Origin: Candidatus Staskawiczbacteria bacterium
GTDB taxonomy: Bacteria > Patescibacteriota > Minisyncoccia > Minisyncoccales > Staskawiczbacteraceae
Reading direction: 5' to 3'
NCBI GenBank assembly: GCA_026395175.1
Contig: JAPLZF010000009.1
Coordinates: forward strand, 82,083-146,082
Length of the DNA stretch: 64,000 bases
Shown here: piece by piece, positions 18,282-28,294 of the stretch
Layout of the letters: each line of letters starts with the position of its first letter
How positions within the stretch are numbered: the stretch's first letter is position 1
The notes under the pieces: generated by a model
What the model was told of the DNA's origin: nothing
The model's database searches: none
What the model saw: only the letters and a program-made list of their open reading frames with translations
Position numbers and translations under genes: made by a program

Positions 18282-18944
18282 TCAAGAATCGCAAGAGAGG
18301 ACCTGGCTGCCAGCAAACCACACGTCCGGATTCTCAACAGAGTAGGCGTGCACGCTCCAATAGCGATTGACAGAGTTCCAGTTCGCGATCACAGCCCAGA
18401 CATTGCCGTCTTTTCCTGAGATATGCATGACGTTCGCACGCCCATTAACGAGCAATTTGCCCTCTTCTCCATGTGCCTGTTTTTTAATCAGGCAAAATAG
18501 GTAAGCGAGGTAAGCTCTGGCAAGATCGCCTAACTCAGCGATGATTTGTGGGTCTTTGGAGTCCAACTCCAACCGATGAATCGCGAGCGTGGCGTCAGGA
18601 ACGTTTTCTTCCACAAGATTGAGGAATTGTTCCTTGAAGACGTCGTTAGTCCAACCGACGTTAGCTTCTGCGAGATGGTCTTTGGCGATAAACTTCTTCG
18701 CGCCATCGACCGACGCCGTCGCAATCTTCATGAGAATACCGCCAACACGCCCACCTTTGGCCAGAAACTGAAGGAAACGTCCAAAGAAATCATCCTGGCT
18801 GTCGTTCACGATTTGTTGAGCAGTGGCACAGGATACGTCCCAATCCATCTTCCCTGTTACCACCTCAACACTCATCTTGATGAATGCCTTGAAAAGCATC
18901 ATCAAAATTTCTCCCAATTGCTCAACACTCATCCTGTCCTTCAT
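18282..18944 (-). CDS. DGR target protein 2 (220 aa, C-terminal VR)
   Basis: ORF 18282..19016; start reassigned to MKDR; ends VWAVIANWNSVNRYWSVHAYSVENPDVWFAGSQV. Confidence 0.88.
   Translation of the reverse strand: MKDRMSVEQLGEILMMLFKAFIKMSVEVVTGKMDWDVSCATAQQIVNDSQDDFFGRFLQFLAKGGRVGGILMKIATASVDGAKKFIAKDHLAEANVGWTNDVFKEQFLNLVEENVPDATLAIHRLELDSKDPQIIAELGDLARAYLAYLFCLIKKQAHGEEGKLLVNGRANVMHISGKDGNVWAVIANWNSVNRYWSVHAYSVENPDVWFAGSQVLSCDS
18301..18401 (-). repeat. DGR variable repeat VR2
   Basis: A-specific divergence from TR2; hairpin at 18260-18277 follows the stop codon. Confidence 0.95.
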
Positions 18945-19019
18945 TGTATGAACCTTTTTTGCGGCTACTGTTGCTCTCGCCACAAGGCAGAGCAAGCTCA
19001 ACGCATACTGTGGCAACCC

Positions 19020-19146
19020 TTTGCCACACCAGAAAATTATCTGTTTCTCAAATCTCTTTCTGGCATGGCAAAAACAAGTATTTTTAAATTATAAATGTGC
19101 CAATTTACTATTTATTAATTATACACCCTCTATCAATTATTGTCAA
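19020..19146 (-). promoter_or_regulatory. sigma70 promoter plus hairpin leader of DGR target 2
   Basis: TTGACA(19141-46)-17-TATAAT(19118-23); hairpin TTGCCACACCAGAAA..TTTCTGGCATGGCAA. Confidence 0.75.
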
Positions 19147-19188
19147 TGTTTTGACTTTTACGTTACACTATTGTATTTTTAGTTAAAG

Positions 19189-21153
19189 ATGGACGATAAA
19201 AATTTAAATCAGCTATTAATCGTTGGCATCACACCCTACTTTTTGGAAAAGGAGGGTTTTTGGTTTCAAAAAAATCTACAAGGAATATTAGAAGCAAGAC
19301 ATACTCAAAATTTTTTTGAAGACAATATAATTTTTTTGCAAAAAGATCACAGCTTTCAATTTTCGCAATTTTTAAGAAAGCTGGACGAAATGGGTTATGA
19401 AAGAGTTTTTAAGGTTTCAGAGCCAGGAGAGTTTTCACAACGCGGAGGAATTGTTGACGTCTTCCCCATCAACACAACAAATGCCGTAAGGCTGGATTTT
19501 TTGGGAAACGAAGTAGACCAAATAAAAATTTTAGACATAAAAGTTGCCGACGAAAAAAAATCAAAAAATATTCTAATAAAAAGATTAAAATCTCAAAAAA
19601 TATATTCTGAATTAAAGGGATTAAAAGAAGGAGATTATTTAGTTCACTTAGACCACGGAATTGGCAAATTTATAGGCATTGAAAAATTTAATACCACAAT
19701 AGAAGAATCCCAAAGTTATTATGTTTTAGAGTACGCGCAGGAAGATAAGTTATATGTTCCTTTAGGACTTGAAAGAAAGCTGTCTCGGTATTTTGGCTTT
19801 CAAGACCCAAAGGTTTCCAGGCTTGGTTCTTCTTTGTGGCAAAAAACAAAAAAAGCAGTAAAAGAAGAAGTTGAAAAATTAGCCAAAGAGCTTCTGCAGT
19901 TATATGCCCAGAAAGAAACCGCGCAAAGACCTCCTTATATAGAAGATTCAGAAATGGAGTCTAAGTTAAAAGACGGTTTTAATTTTCAAGAAACTCCAGA
20001 CCAAATCCAAACAATAGAAGACATAAAAAACGACTTATCAAAAACAAAACCAATGGACCGCATTGTTTGCGGAGATGTTGGCTTTGGCAAAACCGAAGTT
20101 GCAATGCGAACCGCTTTGTTGGCTGTTGCCAACAACAGGCAGACAGCTTTAATTTGCCCAACCACAATTTTGGCAAACCAGCATTATAATAACTTTAAAA
20201 AGCGGTTTGAAAATTTACCCGTAAGAATTGCCGAGCTTTCAAGGCTTCAATCAAAAAAAGAAGAAATAAAAGTTATAAAAGATTTAGAAGACGGCAGAAT
20301 AGACATTGTAATAGGCACGCACAAGCTTTTGTCAAAAAATATAAAGTTTAAAAACCTGCAACTTTTAATAATTGATGACGAGCAAAAATTTGGCGTAAAA
20401 CAAAAAGAAAGGTTAAGAAGCATAAAAGCCAGCCTAGATGTTTTGAGCTTGTCGGCCACTCCAATTCCCCGCACAATTTATTTGGCGCTTTCATCTTTAA
20501 AAAACATCAGCTTAATGCAAACTCCGCCGGTTGGCAGGCAGGCAATAAAAACAGAAATTTTGCCATATTCAGAAAAAGCAATAAAAAAAATAATTAACGA
20601 AGAGTTAAACAGAAAAGGCCAAGTTTATTTTTTGCACAACAGAGTTGAAAGCATAGATAAAAGGGCGCATGAATTAAAAAAACTTTGTAAAAATGCAAAA
20701 ATTAGCCTAATCCACGGCAGAATGCCAGAAGGTAAACTGATAAAAATAATGGATGATTTTCAAAAAGAAAAAACAAATGTGCTGGTTGCCACAACAATAA
20801 TAGAGAACGGATTGGACTTTCCAAACGTAAATACTATTATAATAGAAGACGCCACCAGGCTTGGGTTGTCTCAGGCTCACCAAATAAGAGGCAGAGTTGG
20901 AAGGTCCGGCACAAAAAGTTATGCCTATTTTATGTATTTAGAAAAAAACCTAACTCCTTTGGTTAAAGAAAGATTAAAAGCTTTGGAAGACTCGCAAGAA
21001 TTGGGTTCAGGCTACAGGCTTGCCATAAGAGACTTAGAATTGCGGGGAGCTGGCAATATTTTAGGCCGTGAACAATCTGGCGCCATAAACAAAATCGGTT
21101 TAAATTTATACAGCCAAATGATTTCTGAAGCCATCGAAAAATTCAAACAATAA
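19189..21153 (+). CDS. mfd: Transcription-repair coupling factor-like helicase (short)
   Basis: RGGIVDVFP, RID domain HG.G.F, GDVGFGKT, DEQKFG, DLELRGAGN. Confidence 0.9.
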   Translation: MDDKNLNQLLIVGITPYFLEKEGFWFQKNLQGILEARHTQNFFEDNIIFLQKDHSFQFSQFLRKLDEMGYERVFKVSEPGEFSQRGGIVDVFPINTTNAVRLDFLGNEVDQIKILDIKVADEKKSKNILIKRLKSQKIYSELKGLKEGDYLVHLDHGIGKFIGIEKFNTTIEESQSYYVLEYAQEDKLYVPLGLERKLSRYFGFQDPKVSRLGSSLWQKTKKAVKEEVEKLAKELLQLYAQKETAQRPPYIEDSEMESKLKDGFNFQETPDQIQTIEDIKNDLSKTKPMDRIVCGDVGFGKTEVAMRTALLAVANNRQTALICPTTILANQHYNNFKKRFENLPVRIAELSRLQSKKEEIKVIKDLEDGRIDIVIGTHKLLSKNIKFKNLQLLIIDDEQKFGVKQKERLRSIKASLDVLSLSATPIPRTIYLALSSLKNISLMQTPPVGRQAIKTEILPYSEKAIKKIINEELNRKGQVYFLHNRVESIDKRAHELKKLCKNAKISLIHGRMPEGKLIKIMDDFQKEKTNVLVATTIIENGLDFPNVNTIIIEDATRLGLSQAHQIRGRVGRSGTKSYAYFMYLEKNLTPLVKERLKALEDSQELGSGYRLAIRDLELRGAGNILGREQSGAINKIGLNLYSQMISEAIEKFKQ

Positions 21154-21202
21154 AATTTTATGTTATTATAAGGTAAGCTAAAAAAATTAAAAAACAGAAC
21201 CA

Positions 21203-23254
21203 ATGAAAAAAAGTTTAGTTATAGTTGAGTCACCTACAAAGGCCCGCACAATACAAAAATTTTTAGGAAGCGACTTTATAATTAAGTCGTCTTTTGGTCA
21301 TGTAAGAGATTTGCCAAGAAGAGAGCTTGGAGTAGATGTTGAAAAAAACTTTTTGCCAAAATATGTCATTCCTCCAAAAGCCAAAAAAGTTATTGCCGAA
21401 TTAAAAAAGGATATGGCAAAAGTTGAAAACACCATACTGGCTACCGACGAAGACCGCGAAGGTGAATCAATTGCCTGGCACTTGCAGGAAGCCTTAAAAT
21501 TAAAAGACCCGCAAAGAATTGTATTCCACGAAATTACAGAATCTGCAATTAACCATGCCTTAAAATCTCCAAGAAAAATTGATATGAATTTGGTTGATGC
21601 CCAGCAGGCAAGGCGCGTTTTAGACAGAATTGTAGGCTACAAACTTTCGCCATTTTTGTGGAAAAAAGTTGCCAAAGGACTTTCAGCCGGCAGAGTGCAA
21701 TCGGTTGCGGTAAAACTAATTGTGGAAAAAGAAAGAGAAATTGAAAAATTTATTGCAGTGGAATATTGGGGCGTTGAAGCTTTGCTGAAAAAACCTGCCT
21801 CGCCGAGTCAAGGCGGGTCTGACAAAGAATTTCCTGCTTCTTTAATTAAAAAAGGCGACAAAGCAATTGAGAAGCTGGAAATAAAAAATAAAGTAGAGGC
21901 AGATAAAATTTTGCAGGATTTAAACAATGCAGATTATATTGTTGAGTCAATAGAAAAAAAGGAAACAAAAAGAAACCCTGCTCCCCCATTTACAACCAGC
22001 ACCCTGCAACAGGCCGCGTCCCAAAGATTTGGCTGGCCGGCAAAAATGACAATGTCGATTGCTCAAAGGCTTTACGAAGAAGGAAATATAACTTACCACA
22101 GAACAGATTCTTTAAATTTATCTGAAACATCTTTGGAGTCTGCTAAAAATTTTATAACCAAAGAATATGGCAAAAATTATTGGGCCGGCAAAGCGGTAAA
22201 ATATATTACAAAAAGCAAAGGAGCTCAAGAAGCTCACGAAGCCATAAGACCTGCTTACGCAGACAGAACTCCAGAATCATTAAAGGGCATAGACGCAAGG
22301 CAATTAAAACTTTACACCTTAATTTGGCAGAGATTTATTGCCTGCCAAATGACTCAAGCAATTTTTGACTCTGTTTCAGCCGACATAAGCGCAAATGATT
22401 ACACATTCCGAGCCAACGGGCTTACAATGAAATTTGACGGATTTTTAAAAGTCTACCCAACAAAATTTGAAGATAAAGACCTGCCGGACCTGGAAAAAAA
22501 TGACAAATTAGATTTTGTAAAACTTGATTCTATTCAGCATTTTACAGAACCTCCGGCAAGATACAACGAAGCCAGCTTAATAAAAACTTTAGAAAAAAAT
22601 GGCGTAGGAAGGCCGTCAACTTATGCGCCAACCATATCTACCATACAAGACAGGAATTATGTTTCAAAAAATGAACAAAAAAGATTTTTTCCAAGCGAAA
22701 TGGGGTTTATAGTCAATGATGTTTTAGTGGAAAATTTTTCGGAAATTGTCGACATTGGATTTACCGCAAAAATGGAAGAAGAACTGGACGGAGTAGCCGA
22801 AGGCAAAGACAAATGGGAAAAAGTCTGCAAAGATTTTTATGGTCCTTTTGCCAAAATTTTAGCGGAAAAATATAAAGACGTGGTAAAAACCGACCTAACT
22901 CAGGAAACAGATAAAATATGCCCGAAATGTGGCTCTAAAATTATTGAAAGAATGGGCCGATTTGGAAGATTTTATGCCTGCTCTCGTTTCCCAGAATGCA
23001 AGCACACAGAATCAATAGAAGACAAAAAAAATGATTTGGGAATAAAATGTCCAAAATGCAAAGAAGGAGATATTGTTGCCAGGAAAAGCAAACGTGGAAA
23101 AATATTTTACGGGTGCAATAGCTTTCCAAAATGTGACTTTGCTTTGTGGGACAAGCCCGTAAATGAGTTTTGCCCAAAATGCGATTCCATATTAGTTCAA
23201 AAAAATAAAAGCACAATCAAATGCTCAAACAAAGAGTGCGACTATGCCAAGTGA
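21203..23254 (+). CDS. topA: DNA topoisomerase I
   Basis: VESPTK, ATDEDREGE, ITYHRTDS, zinc ribbons. Confidence 0.97.
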   Translation: MKKSLVIVESPTKARTIQKFLGSDFIIKSSFGHVRDLPRRELGVDVEKNFLPKYVIPPKAKKVIAELKKDMAKVENTILATDEDREGESIAWHLQEALKLKDPQRIVFHEITESAINHALKSPRKIDMNLVDAQQARRVLDRIVGYKLSPFLWKKVAKGLSAGRVQSVAVKLIVEKEREIEKFIAVEYWGVEALLKKPASPSQGGSDKEFPASLIKKGDKAIEKLEIKNKVEADKILQDLNNADYIVESIEKKETKRNPAPPFTTSTLQQAASQRFGWPAKMTMSIAQRLYEEGNITYHRTDSLNLSETSLESAKNFITKEYGKNYWAGKAVKYITKSKGAQEAHEAIRPAYADRTPESLKGIDARQLKLYTLIWQRFIACQMTQAIFDSVSADISANDYTFRANGLTMKFDGFLKVYPTKFEDKDLPDLEKNDKLDFVKLDSIQHFTEPPARYNEASLIKTLEKNGVGRPSTYAPTISTIQDRNYVSKNEQKRFFPSEMGFIVNDVLVENFSEIVDIGFTAKMEEELDGVAEGKDKWEKVCKDFYGPFAKILAEKYKDVVKTDLTQETDKICPKCGSKIIERMGRFGRFYACSRFPECKHTESIEDKKNDLGIKCPKCKEGDIVARKSKRGKIFYGCNSFPKCDFALWDKPVNEFCPKCDSILVQKNKSTIKCSNKECDYAK

Positions 23255-24986
23255 TACGCAAAAAATAATTCGCCAAATATCAGACAAAAGCTCAGACCCA
23301 CAATTAATTGAGTCGGCTTTCGAATTTGCAAAAGAAGCCTACAAAGACAAATACAGAATTTCCGGAGAAAATTATATTGTTCACGCCACAAGAGTGGCTT
23401 TAGAACTTGGCAAAATGGACCTCGACCCCTCAACAATCGCTCTGGGGTTGCTTCATGATGTGCTTGATGACACTCCCGGATTTACAAAAAAAGTTGAATT
23501 AAAGGAAATTGAAAAAAAATTCGGCAAAGACCTAAGCCAAATGATAGAAAAAATTTCAAACATCAGCAAGGTACAATATTCTTTGTCACTTGGGCTAAAA
23601 GATAAAAAAACTTTAACTAAAGAAAAAATTGAAAATTTAAGGAGAATGTTTTTAGCCCTGGCCGGAGATTTAAGGGTAGTGCTGGTAGAACTTGTTTCAC
23701 GACAAGATGGATTAAATTTTCTGGATAGCTTGCCCGAAGACCAGCAAAAATTGTTTGCCCTTGAAACCTTGCAAATTTTTGTGCCCGTTGCCAGCAGATT
23801 AGGATTGTCAGGAATAAGGAGAAACCTTGAAGATACGGCTTTTTCTTTTTTATTTCCTGCCAAATTCAAATGGCTGAAAGAAAACATTAAAGAGCAATTT
23901 GAAGAAAGAGAAAAATACTTAAAAAAATTCATACCCCATCTAAAAAAAATATTCAAAAAAGAAAGAGTAAAAGTTTTAGATATAAACTATCGGGCAAAGT
24001 CGTATTGGAGTACTTATCAAAAATTGCTGCGGCACGGAATGAATTTTGATGAAATATACGACCTGCTTGCTTTAAGAATAATCACATCAGACATTGAAAG
24101 TTGCTACAAAATTTTGGGCGTGGTGCACAAACATTTCAAACCAATCTCTGACGAAATAAACGATTACATAGCGCATCCAAAATTAAATGGTTACAGATCG
24201 TTACACACCACCATTTTTTCAGAAGGAAACAAAACAACAGAAGTGCAGATAAGAACCGAGGAAATGCACAAAGAAGCCGAATACGGAGTGTGCGCCCACT
24301 GGTCTTACAAAGAAAAAATTGACCTCAAAAAAGAAGGAGAAAACTTTGAATGGGTAAAAGACGTTTCTGATTTTTGGAAAAACTTCAAAATAGATTTTTT
24401 CCCAAGCAAGGTTTTTTGCTTCACCCCAATGGGAGATGTTATTGTTTTGCCAAAAGATTCAACTCCTGTTGATTTTGCGTACGCTGTGCATTCAGATGTT
24501 GGAAATCATTGCGAGTCAGCAAAAATTGGCGGTAAAATTGTGCAGCTTAACCACATTTTAGAAAATGGAGACACGGTGGAAATTGTCACAAGTAAAAATA
24601 AAATTCCTTCAAAAGACTGGCTAAGATTTGTAAAAACTTCTCTGGCGCGGTCTCACATAAACAGACTAACCGACCAAAAATCCAATTTCCAATTTCCTTT
24701 GCCAAACTTTATAAAAAGGAAAATTGCAGAAATTTCCGAGGCCTCAAAAAAAAGGCAGGAAGAAAAACAAAATGTAAAAAAAGGAAATGTTAAACAAATT
24801 TATCTTTCCGGTCAACAGGGAATGCTAATTCACATTGCAAAATGCTGTAATCCAAAGCCGGGAGATAAGGTTTCAGCCTATCTTGCCCAGAGCAGGTCTG
24901 CTGTTTTGCATAAAATTTCCTGCAATAATTTCAAAAAAATATCAGAAAAATATCCTGAAAAAGTAATTGATGCTTCTTGGGAATAG
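23244..24986 (+). CDS. RelA/SpoT homologue (HD-SYNTH-TGS-ZFD)
   Basis: DYIAHPKLNGYRSLHT, EVQIRT, TPVDFAYAVH, AKCCNP. Confidence 0.9.
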   Translation: MPSDTQKIIRQISDKSSDPQLIESAFEFAKEAYKDKYRISGENYIVHATRVALELGKMDLDPSTIALGLLHDVLDDTPGFTKKVELKEIEKKFGKDLSQMIEKISNISKVQYSLSLGLKDKKTLTKEKIENLRRMFLALAGDLRVVLVELVSRQDGLNFLDSLPEDQQKLFALETLQIFVPVASRLGLSGIRRNLEDTAFSFLFPAKFKWLKENIKEQFEEREKYLKKFIPHLKKIFKKERVKVLDINYRAKSYWSTYQKLLRHGMNFDEIYDLLALRIITSDIESCYKILGVVHKHFKPISDEINDYIAHPKLNGYRSLHTTIFSEGNKTTEVQIRTEEMHKEAEYGVCAHWSYKEKIDLKKEGENFEWVKDVSDFWKNFKIDFFPSKVFCFTPMGDVIVLPKDSTPVDFAYAVHSDVGNHCESAKIGGKIVQLNHILENGDTVEIVTSKNKIPSKDWLRFVKTSLARSHINRLTDQKSNFQFPLPNFIKRKIAEISEASKKRQEEKQNVKKGNVKQIYLSGQQGMLIHIAKCCNPKPGDKVSAYLAQSRSAVLHKISCNNFKKISEKYPEKVIDASWE

Positions 24987-25025
24987 CCTTGAAATTTATC
25001 ACAAAACGTGCTAAAAATATAAAAT

Positions 25026-25109
25026 GCCGAGGTGGTGAAATTGGCAAACACGCCGGACTCAAAATCCGGTGCCCTTAAAAGCTTGAGGGTTCAAGTCCCT
25101 CCCTCGGCA
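25026..25109 (+). tRNA. tRNA-Leu(CAA)
   Basis: GCCGAGG/CCTCGGC acceptor stem, CCGGA-CTCAAAA-TCCGG anticodon arm, long variable arm, GGTTCAA T loop; CCA not encoded. Confidence 0.95.
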
Positions 25110-25164
25110 CACTTCACTTTGTTCAGTGTGAACAACTAAAAAGCCCCAGATCGGGGCTTTTTTA

Positions 25165-26412
25165 TTAACTTGGCAATGGGAATTTTTTGCAGAACTTTTT
25201 AATTTCTTCTCTAACTTTTTTAACAGACTTTGGGTTCAAAATAACTTCATTTATCCAGCCTGCTACCTGCTTCATATCTTTTTCTTTCATTCCCCTTGTT
25301 GTAATTGCAGGGGTACCCATTCTTATTCCCGAAGGCTTAAACGGCGGAGCCGGGTCATAAGGAATAGTATTTTTATTGATTGTAATTCCTGCAGCTTCCA
25401 GCAAGTCTTGAGCTTCGGGACCCGAAACATTTTTGTTCCTTAAATCCACCAAAAGCAAATGGTTGTCGGTTCCGCCGGAAACCAAATTAAATCCGTGTTT
25501 TTTTAATTCTTCAGCCAAAGCTTTTGCATTTTTCACAATTTGCTTTGCATATTTTTTAAATGCCGGAGTTGAAGCTTCTTTCAGGCAAACTGCAATGGCG
25601 GCAACTTGGTGCATATGAGGCCCGCCTTGAAACCCCGGAAAAATTGCTTTATCAATTTTTTTGGCAAGTTCTGCGTCCTTTTCCAATCCTTTTTGAGTAA
25701 CCATAATCATTCCGCCCCTTGGCCCTCTCAAGGTTTTATGCGTTGTTGTTGTAATAATATGCACATAAGGAGCCGGGCTTGGATGCGCGCCACCTGCCAC
25801 AAGCCCTGCAATATGCGCAATATCAGAAACCAAATATGCTCCCACAGAGTCTGCAATTTCTCCCAATCTTTTCCAATCAAACAATCTTGGATAAGCTGTG
25901 GCGCCCACAAATATAAGTTTTGGTTTGTTTTCTTTCACCAACTTTTCCATCCCTTCATAATCCAGCAACCCTGTTTTCTCGTCCACTCCATACTGAACAG
26001 AATTATAAAACTTGGCAGAAAAGTTAACCTTCCACCCATGCGTTAAATGTCCGCCCATTGGCAAAGCCATTCCCATTATTGTGTCTCCCGGCTCGCAAGT
26101 TGCCAAATACACCGCAGCATTTGCCGGGCTTCCAGAATATGGCTGGACATTGGCATGAGCAACTTTAAACAACTTTTTTGCACGGTCTCTGCACAAATCT
26201 TCCAAAATGTCATAATATTTCAAGCCAGCATAATATCTTTTGCCGGGGTAACCTTCAGCATATTTGTCAGTTAAAATTGACCCCAAGGCTTCCCTGACAG
26301 CCGGCGAAGAATGGTTTTCAGAAGGAATCATTTCCAAAGATGTCTTCTGCCTTTCTGTTTCCAAATTTATTAATTTATCAATTTGCGGATCCTGTTTTTT
26401 TAATTTTGCCAT
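25165..26412 (-). CDS. glyA: Serine hydroxymethyltransferase
   Basis: YAEGYPG, TTTHKTLRGPRGG. Confidence 0.97.
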   Translation of the reverse strand: MAKLKKQDPQIDKLINLETERQKTSLEMIPSENHSSPAVREALGSILTDKYAEGYPGKRYYAGLKYYDILEDLCRDRAKKLFKVAHANVQPYSGSPANAAVYLATCEPGDTIMGMALPMGGHLTHGWKVNFSAKFYNSVQYGVDEKTGLLDYEGMEKLVKENKPKLIFVGATAYPRLFDWKRLGEIADSVGAYLVSDIAHIAGLVAGGAHPSPAPYVHIITTTTHKTLRGPRGGMIMVTQKGLEKDAELAKKIDKAIFPGFQGGPHMHQVAAIAVCLKEASTPAFKKYAKQIVKNAKALAEELKKHGFNLVSGGTDNHLLLVDLRNKNVSGPEAQDLLEAAGITINKNTIPYDPAPPFKPSGIRMGTPAITTRGMKEKDMKQVAGWINEVILNPKSVKKVREEIKKFCKKFPLPS

Positions 26413-26429
26413 AACGAAAATTTTTAATG

Positions 26430-26993
26430 TTAATTTCTTATTATTTTATTATTATTTGTTAAATCTATTATTTTTGATGGTTTGCTTTTCTTTAAATTCC
26501 CTGCATCTATTATTATAATATCATACTTGCCGAATTGTTCTATTATATCACTAATTTTTGCCAGTGTAGAATTTCCTGAAATATTAACCGAAGTTTGAAC
26601 CAAGGGTTTATTAATCTTTTTTAACAAATCATTCAAAAATTTATATTTTGGAATTCTTAAGGCAATTGTATTTTTATCTGTGCCATAAAGCTTTACCTTT
26701 TTCTTATTTAATATAAATGTGTATTTTCCCGGCCATTTACTTTTTAAAGCTTTAGCGTGCTTTTCATCAATTTCTGCCAATTCTTTTGCCATTTTAAAAT
26801 CTTTTACAAAAACCGGTAATGGTTTTGTTTTGCTTCTTTTTTTTATTTTATATATTCTATCAACTGCTTTTTTATTTGTCGCATCTGCCAAAAAACCATA
26901 AACCGTATCTGTGGGGCAGACAACTACTGCCCCATTTTCTAGGGCAGTAACAATTTTTTTTATATTTGCATTTTTTTTCTTAAGTATTTCCAT
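26430..26993 (-). CDS. tsaC: L-threonylcarbamoyladenylate synthase
   Basis: PTDTVYG, K.R...KPL, TSVNISG. Confidence 0.9.
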   Translation of the reverse strand: MEILKKKNANIKKIVTALENGAVVVCPTDTVYGFLADATNKKAVDRIYKIKKRSKTKPLPVFVKDFKMAKELAEIDEKHAKALKSKWPGKYTFILNKKKVKLYGTDKNTIALRIPKYKFLNDLLKKINKPLVQTSVNISGNSTLAKISDIIEQFGKYDIIIIDAGNLKKSKPSKIIDLTNNNKIIRN

Positions 26994-27732
26994 TTAAAAA
27001 TTTAGATATTTTTTGAATGTCATTTGGATTTCCAAAGTCGTGCCAGCAATCTTTAATTTTTTTAATTTTTACTTTTTTTTCTTTTGCCAAAAGTGAGATA
27101 GCATCTGTAACTTCATACTCTCCCCTGACAGATTTTTCTATTTTTAAAACTTTTTCAAAAATGTCTTTTGTAAATTTATAAAGCCCGGCGTTTACCAGGT
27201 TTCCCACAAACTCTGTTGGTTTTTCAATAATTTTTTCCAAAAAGTCATCTCCATCTTCAATCAAAACTCCATATTTTTCAGGGTGTTCTTGCTTTAACCC
27301 CGCAATATAACAAAACTCATCATCTATGTTCATAGACTTTAAATCTTCAACAGAAAATAAATTATCTCCATAAACATAAAGAAAATTTTCGTCTCCAACA
27401 ATATCTTTTACGCATTTTATAGGGCAGGCAGTTCCATACTCTTTTTCTTTGGGGCCTAAAATATCGCACTGGTTCACAAGAGAAACTTTAAAATCATCTT
27501 TGCTAATTCCTTTTGGGGGCAAATAGCTTTCTACAAAGTCATTCATTAATTCAACCTTAAAGCCAACAACTAAAATTATTTCTTTGTATTGGGCAAGCAA
27601 AAGGCTGTCAATCAAATATGCCAAAAACGGCCTGTTATTAACCTCTATTAAGTGTTTTGACTTGTCCTTAGATAATTCAAGCATACGAGTCCCCTGACCC
27701 GCAGCGGCTATAACAACTTTTTTAACTGCCAT
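26980..27732 (-). CDS. Sugar-phosphate nucleotidyltransferase
   Basis: AAAGQGTRM, EKP, RGEYEVTD. Confidence 0.88.
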   Translation of the reverse strand: MAVKKVVIAAAGQGTRMLELSKDKSKHLIEVNNRPFLAYLIDSLLLAQYKEIILVVGFKVELMNDFVESYLPPKGISKDDFKVSLVNQCDILGPKEKEYGTACPIKCVKDIVGDENFLYVYGDNLFSVEDLKSMNIDDEFCYIAGLKQEHPEKYGVLIEDGDDFLEKIIEKPTEFVGNLVNAGLYKFTKDIFEKVLKIEKSVRGEYEVTDAISLLAKEKKVKIKKIKDCWHDFGNPNDIQKISKFLNGNT

Positions 27733-28294
27733 AACCCAAGTTGAATGCATTAATATTTAATTCTTTATATTTTTCCGGTACCATTTGGTCAATTGCTTTC
27801 AGCACAGATTCTTTTTTCATTGGAATTAAATTTTTGGCAACAGCATACCCCAAAGAATAAAGCGTGCAAACAATTTCATTCTGCAGTTTTTCTTTGCAGT
27901 CTTTTGAGGCTGGAATTATATAAGTTTCATTTTTAATCAAACCAAGCTGTTTTTTAATTTCCTCTGCCGTCAAAGACCCTAAAAACGGCAAAAAATAATC
28001 ATTAACCAAAAATTTTGTCTGCTTTCCAGATTTCTCTGTTTCGCGCAAGCCCTCCAGTATTTCCAAAGAAAGTATCAAGTCTGCCTTGCCGTTTGCAATC
28101 AAAGGAGAATTTACTTTTTTGCCAAACCTAATATGCGTTTCCACGCTTCCCCCTCTTTGCGAAAGTCCGTGCAATTCTGAAGACCTCACGTCATATCCTT
28201 CATTCATAGCTACCTGGTCAATCAAAATTAACAGCGTAATAACTCCCTGGCCGCCAACTCCATTAATTATCAAATTAAATATTTTATTGGTCAT
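27722..28294 (-). CDS. iorB: Indolepyruvate:ferredoxin oxidoreductase beta subunit
   Basis: GVGGQG, ELHGLSQRGGSV. Confidence 0.88.
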   Translation of the reverse strand: MTNKIFNLIINGVGGQGVITLLILIDQVAMNEGYDVRSSELHGLSQRGGSVETHIRFGKKVNSPLIANGKADLILSLEILEGLRETEKSGKQTKFLVNDYFLPFLGSLTAEEIKKQLGLIKNETYIIPASKDCKEKLQNEIVCTLYSLGYAVAKNLIPMKKESVLKAIDQMVPEKYKELNINAFNLGYGS

